Shown here one piece after another: positions 11,183-15,814 of a DNA stretch of 15,814 nt (positions are counted from its first letter, which is position 1; every line of letters starts with the position of its first letter). The stretch comes from Bugula neritina (taxonomy: Eukaryota; Animalia; Bryozoa). Location: the NCBI GenBank assembly GCA_964035545.1, contig CAXIUT010000200.1:1-15814 (forward strand). The letters run 5' to 3'. The position numbers and the translations under genes are program-made. The notes under the pieces are model-generated. The model was given only the letters and a program-made list of their open reading frames with translations. It did no database searches and had not been told where the DNA came from.

Positions 11183-11727
11183 TCAGTTATCAGGAACAAG
11201 TGATGGCTTCAACTTTGAACAATAGAAAGACTAGCGAAACAATTATGGTTTGTTATGTTTGGCAAGTGGTGTTTTATTTCTGTTTCTCAATCTAAATAAA
11301 TACTTAGCTTTTCTATTGATATGCTAATGTATTGATCCCATCTTATCAGATTGCAAATCAGAATGTTTTCTTTTATGTCGATTATCAATCACTATATAAC
11401 TTGCTATATCAAAATACTATTACTCACGTTCAAAGGTTTACCATTAACAGTCTGAAAAGTCTAACGAAAACTTTTATGTTAGAGAGGTAATATCTCAAGC
11501 ATTTATTTCTTTTTTGGCAAAGAAATTGAATTTTTTTCAATAATTGGTTTCTTTGGAAGTACTTTTGAAAAATCATGGAGAAAGTTTGTTTGTTACTTTA
11601 GTTAATCATCTATTTTTGATATTTCGAAAAGTGATTACTGAGCTTGTAGTTAGTTATTGCTTTCTGGGTTATGATATTGGTTTTATTTAAGAACTTTTTG
11701 AAGTTGGAAACTGTGAATTTTGTTCAT
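11183..11727 (-). CDS. Hypothetical protein, 174 aa or longer; 20-nt intron 11404-11423
   Basis: Removing GTAATAGTATTTTGATATAG joins two open frames to the TGA at 11183. The frame stays open upstream to about 12020 without an ATG, so the start is uncertain. Confidence 0.55.
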
Positions 11728-12044
11728 TAATAATAAAACTAAATTTATCAATGAATAAACCTGATAATAAAATTATTAAATAAACAAATCAAAAGAAAAA
11801 TAACTTTAAAATAAGTTTAAGCTTTTTTTTATTGTTTTATTAAAAGTTTATAAAGAAGTTTCATTTTAGAAATAAAACTTCAAAAGGAGATATTCTTGTT
11901 AAGTTTCATCTTTTTTAAAAGTCTAAATATCGATATAAAAAGAAAAGAGATATTACTTTTTGTTATGTTTCTGATCATATCTGACCGTAAAGACTATTAA
12001 GTGAGACCTTAACAGTAATTCTCAGATATAATAATTTAACTCTT

Positions 12045-13201
12045 ATGCACAAACTTCAAATAACCATAGTTCCAAAGTAAGTAGGCTAACTTTACGACTA
12101 AATCCTAAATAATGTCCTTGAAGACGTCTGCAATCCAACCAAATAAATTCCAATAGCAAGTCTTCCCTAAATGATTCCTCATACATACAATCCAAGATAT
12201 AATATTTATCAAGGCCAATGCTACCAGCAATATTCTCCCAACTTGTGTGGCTATCACGCTTCCTTTAATACTCTTTGTTTTCTCAATTTTATCAAAGGAG
12301 GCACAACTAACTACAATATCCTCAGTGGATCTTCTTTCTGGAGATTCAAACAAAAAGTTTAATCCTTTTTGTTTAAAGTTAAAAAGTACTATAATCGTGG
12401 ATAAGAATGGCCTTGGAGATAAGAAGATATTAAGTATGGAGATTTTTAAAGAACATACAATAAATTTTGTCTTTAAAAATTCTAAGAATTTTAAATCTAT
12501 AGAAAGCATGATCAGTTCTAACTAAAATCCTTTACTTGGGAATTTCAATACTAAAATCTTTTGGTCTCAGACTAAAAAAGAAAAGAACTAAACCGACTTA
12601 TTGAATATTTTAAAAAATATAAAAGCCAAAAACCTTTAGTAATTAGCTTTATGTTGGCAATAACAAATCATTGGATGTGTTTAAATGCAGTAAAAGTTGG
12701 AAATTAAACCCAATATTGGTTTTTCGATTCTTTCAACAGACATATTTTAGATCTTGATAATGATCAGATCCATAAACTAGTTTAAGAATTAAATCAATAA
12801 AGAATCAAATACAAAGGTAAATAGTTCACATAATTCTTCAAAAAAATATATCTGTATGCTACAAAGATACACAAATCAGCTTAAAGTTGATCGTTGATTG
12901 TCTAGAAGGAAAAAATACCATCGATTAGTACACCTACAATCAAATATTTAATATTTTTGCAAATCGTCTTTAAGAATACTGGGAAAAAGATCACAAGATG
13001 TATGTCAATACCATAAAGTAATATTGGTATAATATAACATCTTTCTTCAAAAGACCTGTTCAGCATGATCTCTTTACAGCTCATAACCTGAAGAGGTTTA
13101 AAAAAATGATTTAAACTATTCAAATGGTTAAATCTCACTCTGAAGAAGGTAAAAGACTCTATCAAATGGTTAAAAAATATGAAGTCATATCATGTATTTG
13201 A
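12045..13201 (+). CDS. Putative papain-fold cysteine peptidase (Josephin-like motif order), about 375-385 aa
   Basis: QQYSPNLCGYHASFN … NHWMCL … WFFDSFN (Q, C, H, D). A frame change near 12850 is explained by a 26-nt GT-AG intron (12854-12879) or a 1-nt deletion. Confidence 0.65.
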
Positions 13202-13328
13202 AATATTGAGAATATGATCGTTTAATCTTTATAATTATTATCTATATTTAACAAATAATACAAGTAAATTAATGAATAAACAAACATAAAATCGGGAATG
13301 GTTAGGATTATGGGGGAATCAAAAGAAC

Positions 13329-15307
13329 CTTTATATACTTATACTTACGCTTTTATAAATCATAGATTACTCTGAAATTAAGAAGAATTTACTCTCACTT
13401 AGTCATTAAATTTTAACCTCTATATTTATACAATAATTACATTATTAAAAAACTAAAACCTTTTTTCGATTTAAGCTTACTTCTGAATAATAAAACCTTT
13501 AACATTTCTAAGTTGCTCTACTTTTTACCCCTAAATAACATATTGTTGACACTGTATTATAAAAATTAAACTTCTTTTTATATTTTCAATCAAACCCTAA
13601 ATAAAATAAATGTTGCTTCTAAATTAATAAGTAAAAACTCTAAAGTAATTCAAATATTACATCTATGTTTAATAATATTTAAACCCTTGATCAAGATATC
13701 TTTTACGGCTAACTCACAGTATTTTAACACTAAATGAATTTATTAATACTTCTTTATCAATTTTTAATAACCATGGCCTAGTTGAAAAAATAATCTTATC
13801 ATATTTTTTGTACTCTATAATATTCTTGTTAAAACGCCTTATTCAAATAATTATAACACTTATTTTCAATAAACATACTTCTGAAATAAGAAATTAAAAC
13901 TCTGAATAAGAAAAAGATGAACTCCTTTAATACTCAAGTAAATACCCTTAAATCAAAGCCCTTTATACGTCTAAAATAGACTTTAATATACTCTAAGTTT
14001 CATAAAAAATAAACCTCTGAATTTGTTAATTTAAACTCTACATATTCAAATGAATACGCCTTCATCATTTAATCAATACACTAAGTTCTAGAAATTTTTA
14101 CTTCTATATTGAACAAAAATCAACTCTAAGGTTATTTTTAAAATATACTTCTGATATTAAAACTTTTATACTCTTCATCATTATAAAATTACCACTATTT
14201 TTCCTCGTAAATACCCTAAATAAGTTCAAAATTAACATGTTTCTTAATGATTCAAGAATTCTTTATCTATATAAAAATACCAATGAGTTCAATAGTAATT
14301 TACCCTATTTTTAATTGAAAAAACTTCTTAATTAAACATTAATAACTCTTAATTATCGATGTTCTACGCCTAAATTAAAAAATTTTTACACTAAATTTTT
14401 TCAAATATAAACTAAATTTTATCTGATTTACCCTTTTATTTGAATCAATTTTACTTCATCTATGGAGATCAATGGATACACTAAAACAAAATTGACTGTA
14501 CGCCTTATTTAGACGAAATATTACCCTGAAATGACTAAAATCACACATCTTATTTCATCAATAAATACTCTTATATTTGTAAAGAAAAACCTCTGTATTT
14601 ACTAACTTTAACTCTTAAGTATTTAGATCATACATTTTCTATATAACAAAGTTGATACTCTGAATAACAAACAAATTACCTCTAAATAATAGTTTTAGAA
14701 CTCTAAATTGAATCTTAAAATACGCCTAAATTATCAGATAAATACACTTAATATCACTATGTGTACAACTAATTTATGAGTCAATTACTCTTCATTAGAA
14801 AATTATACAACTAAAATAGCTTTATTTATTACTCTGTATTCTTAAAATTAAACTTCTTTCATCATTTAGAAAATACCCTTTATTTTTGAAAATCAACTTC
14901 TAAATAATCTTAAATTTAGCCCTTTATAAAGAATCTTTAACTTCTAAATTACTATTAAATAAACCCTTGATTAATTATCAAAAATACAACTGAATTAACA
15001 ATAATCAACTCTTAGTATTATGATTAATACTGCTAAAAAATATTTATTTAATACACTTTATAGTTATTTTTTAATACTTCTAGATTAAGATTAAAAAACG
15101 CTATTTGAAGATAATATTACATCTTTATTAGAAGTTTAATACTCTATATTGAAAGATTAAAACCCCTTTTTCAAAATAAATTTTACACTTCATTATTTAT
15201 TAAAAACATCATCTATTTATATTAGATATACCATGTTATTCTACAATTTTAAAAATAAATACTCTTTATTGTGATGACTATACGATGCTGATTAGAATTA
15301 GAAGAAC
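13329..15307 (-). other. Array of about 86 tiny spliceosomal-type introns, period about 21-22 bp
   Basis: On the + strand the motif AC-N(1-2)-CT recurs every ~22 bp (AG-N(1-2)-GT on the - strand). Units are AT-rich, mutually dissimilar, and the same size as introns in THG1 and the C2 gene. Confidence 0.9.
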
Positions 15308-15366
15308 GTGAGACCCAAAGAAACGGAGACCAAAACCAAAAGAGTCAATAGTTTATAAATCGACAT
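13395..15366 (-). CDS. Hyper-fragmented gene for a small secreted 4-Cys protein (77 aa or more), about 83 introns up to the first possible stop, mostly 1-2 nt exons
   Basis: Exon 1 (15366-15308) encodes a signal-peptide-like sequence. Serial removal of GT(GC)…AG units, nearly all 19-23 nt, yields an open, protein-like frame. Two junctions are non-canonical and two introns are double length. The 3' end is ambiguous (TGA at 13395-13397, or a longer form). Confidence 0.82.
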
Positions 15367-15428
15367 TAAAAAGAAAGATAAAATGATATAAAAATAATGA
15401 TTTAAATATAAACTGTATATCTTATTTT

Positions 15429-15614
15429 ATGGGATTTAGATTTATTTTAGAGCAGTATAATCAATTTCAAATCATCAAAAGCACCTCTATTTAAGAGATT
15501 TCATAATTAAACTGTCTAAGTATCAAATTACTGAGAACAAAAATAATCTCTATTGATTTTTATCATTAACTTATTGCTTTAGAAGTGTTGTCACATTTCA
15601 TCTATCATGTATGA
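15429..15614 (+). CDS. Possible short ORF, 61 aa
   Basis: ATG-to-TGA frame only. With a single stop codon in this code, such ORFs arise by chance. Confidence 0.15.
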
Positions 15615-15745
15615 CATACAAATAACCCTCAAAATAAATTAACTCTATTAATAAAAGACAATTTATTCGACAAAAAATTAATTCTATTGATATTTAATTT
15701 CCTTTTTTGAATAGATATCTCTAATATTTCAATATAGTTTATTTA

Positions 15746-15814
15746 GGGGTTGGGGTTGGGGTTGGGGTTGGGGTTGGGGTTGGGGTTGGGGTTGGGGTTG
15801 GGGTTGGGGTTGGG
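15746..15814 (+). repeat. Right telomere, (GGGGTT)n
   Basis: Perfect G4T2 array at the window end. Confidence 0.97.

Noticed and set aside
11118-11984. Long TGA-free frame on the + strand
   Set aside because: It is antisense to a better minus-strand model that has a canonical 20-nt intron, and long open frames are common when only one stop codon exists.
1160-13165. Supplied standard-code ORFs as independent genes
   Set aside because: They are either fragments of table-30 genes (1353-1544, 4992-5207, 12171-12362) or off-frame/antisense shadows of them.
159-13201. Standard ciliate code (TAA/TAG=Gln), split UAA/UAG meanings, or TGA=Trp
   Set aside because: Both TAA and TAG align with conserved Glu. 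Trp is TGG in conserved motifs, and TGA appears only at the ends of intact genes.
13329-15307. CRISPR array or minisatellite explanation for the ~22-bp periodicity
   Set aside because: There is no conserved repeat unit beyond 2-3 nt termini, no cas genes, and the context is eukaryotic. The units match the intron size and signals seen in neighbouring genes.
13329-15307. Units as germline IESs or scrambled-gene pointers
   Set aside because: Boundaries are strand-asymmetric GT…AG rather than TA-bounded inverted ends or direct-repeat pointers, and the molecule is telomere-capped like somatic DNA.
13395-15366. Reading the microexons in the 2+1 frame (…MMIGINQLKKKLFARK…)
   Set aside because: It produces TGA stops (e.g. 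TG+A at 14194-14172). Recognising the 20-nt intron at 15288-15307 puts exon 1 in the open 1+2 frame.

Overview
AT-rich ciliate macronuclear DNA, not prokaryotic. It has (C4A2)/(G4T2) telomeres at both ends plus two internal G4T2 tracts, 45-70 bp intergenic spacers and 19-26 nt GT-AG introns. TAA and TAG encode Glu and only TGA terminates (peritrich-type code, NCBI table 30), so the supplied standard-code ORF track shows only fragments. Bases 1-6994 look like a complete 7-gene minichromosome: hypothetical protein, C2-domain protein, coiled-coil protein, THG1 and three tandem 2OG-Fe(II) oxygenases. Bases 6995-10709 hold an RRM protein and an AVL9/DENN-MORN protein. Bases 10710-15814 hold a gene fragment, a hypothetical gene, a Josephin/papain-like peptidase and the stand-out feature. 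That feature is a ~2 kb minus-strand stretch (about 13329-15366) that parses by hand into about 86 back-to-back ~20-nt introns separated mostly by alternating 1-nt and 2-nt exons. Joined, the exons give an open frame for a small secreted four-Cys protein (MSIYKLLTLLVLVSVSLGLTIKEHDDWNQSIEEEIICKKNKNGYEVCKVKHVKKCKNGKCSHESDKEWKEVLVFEEE...). All parsing was manual, with no database searches.
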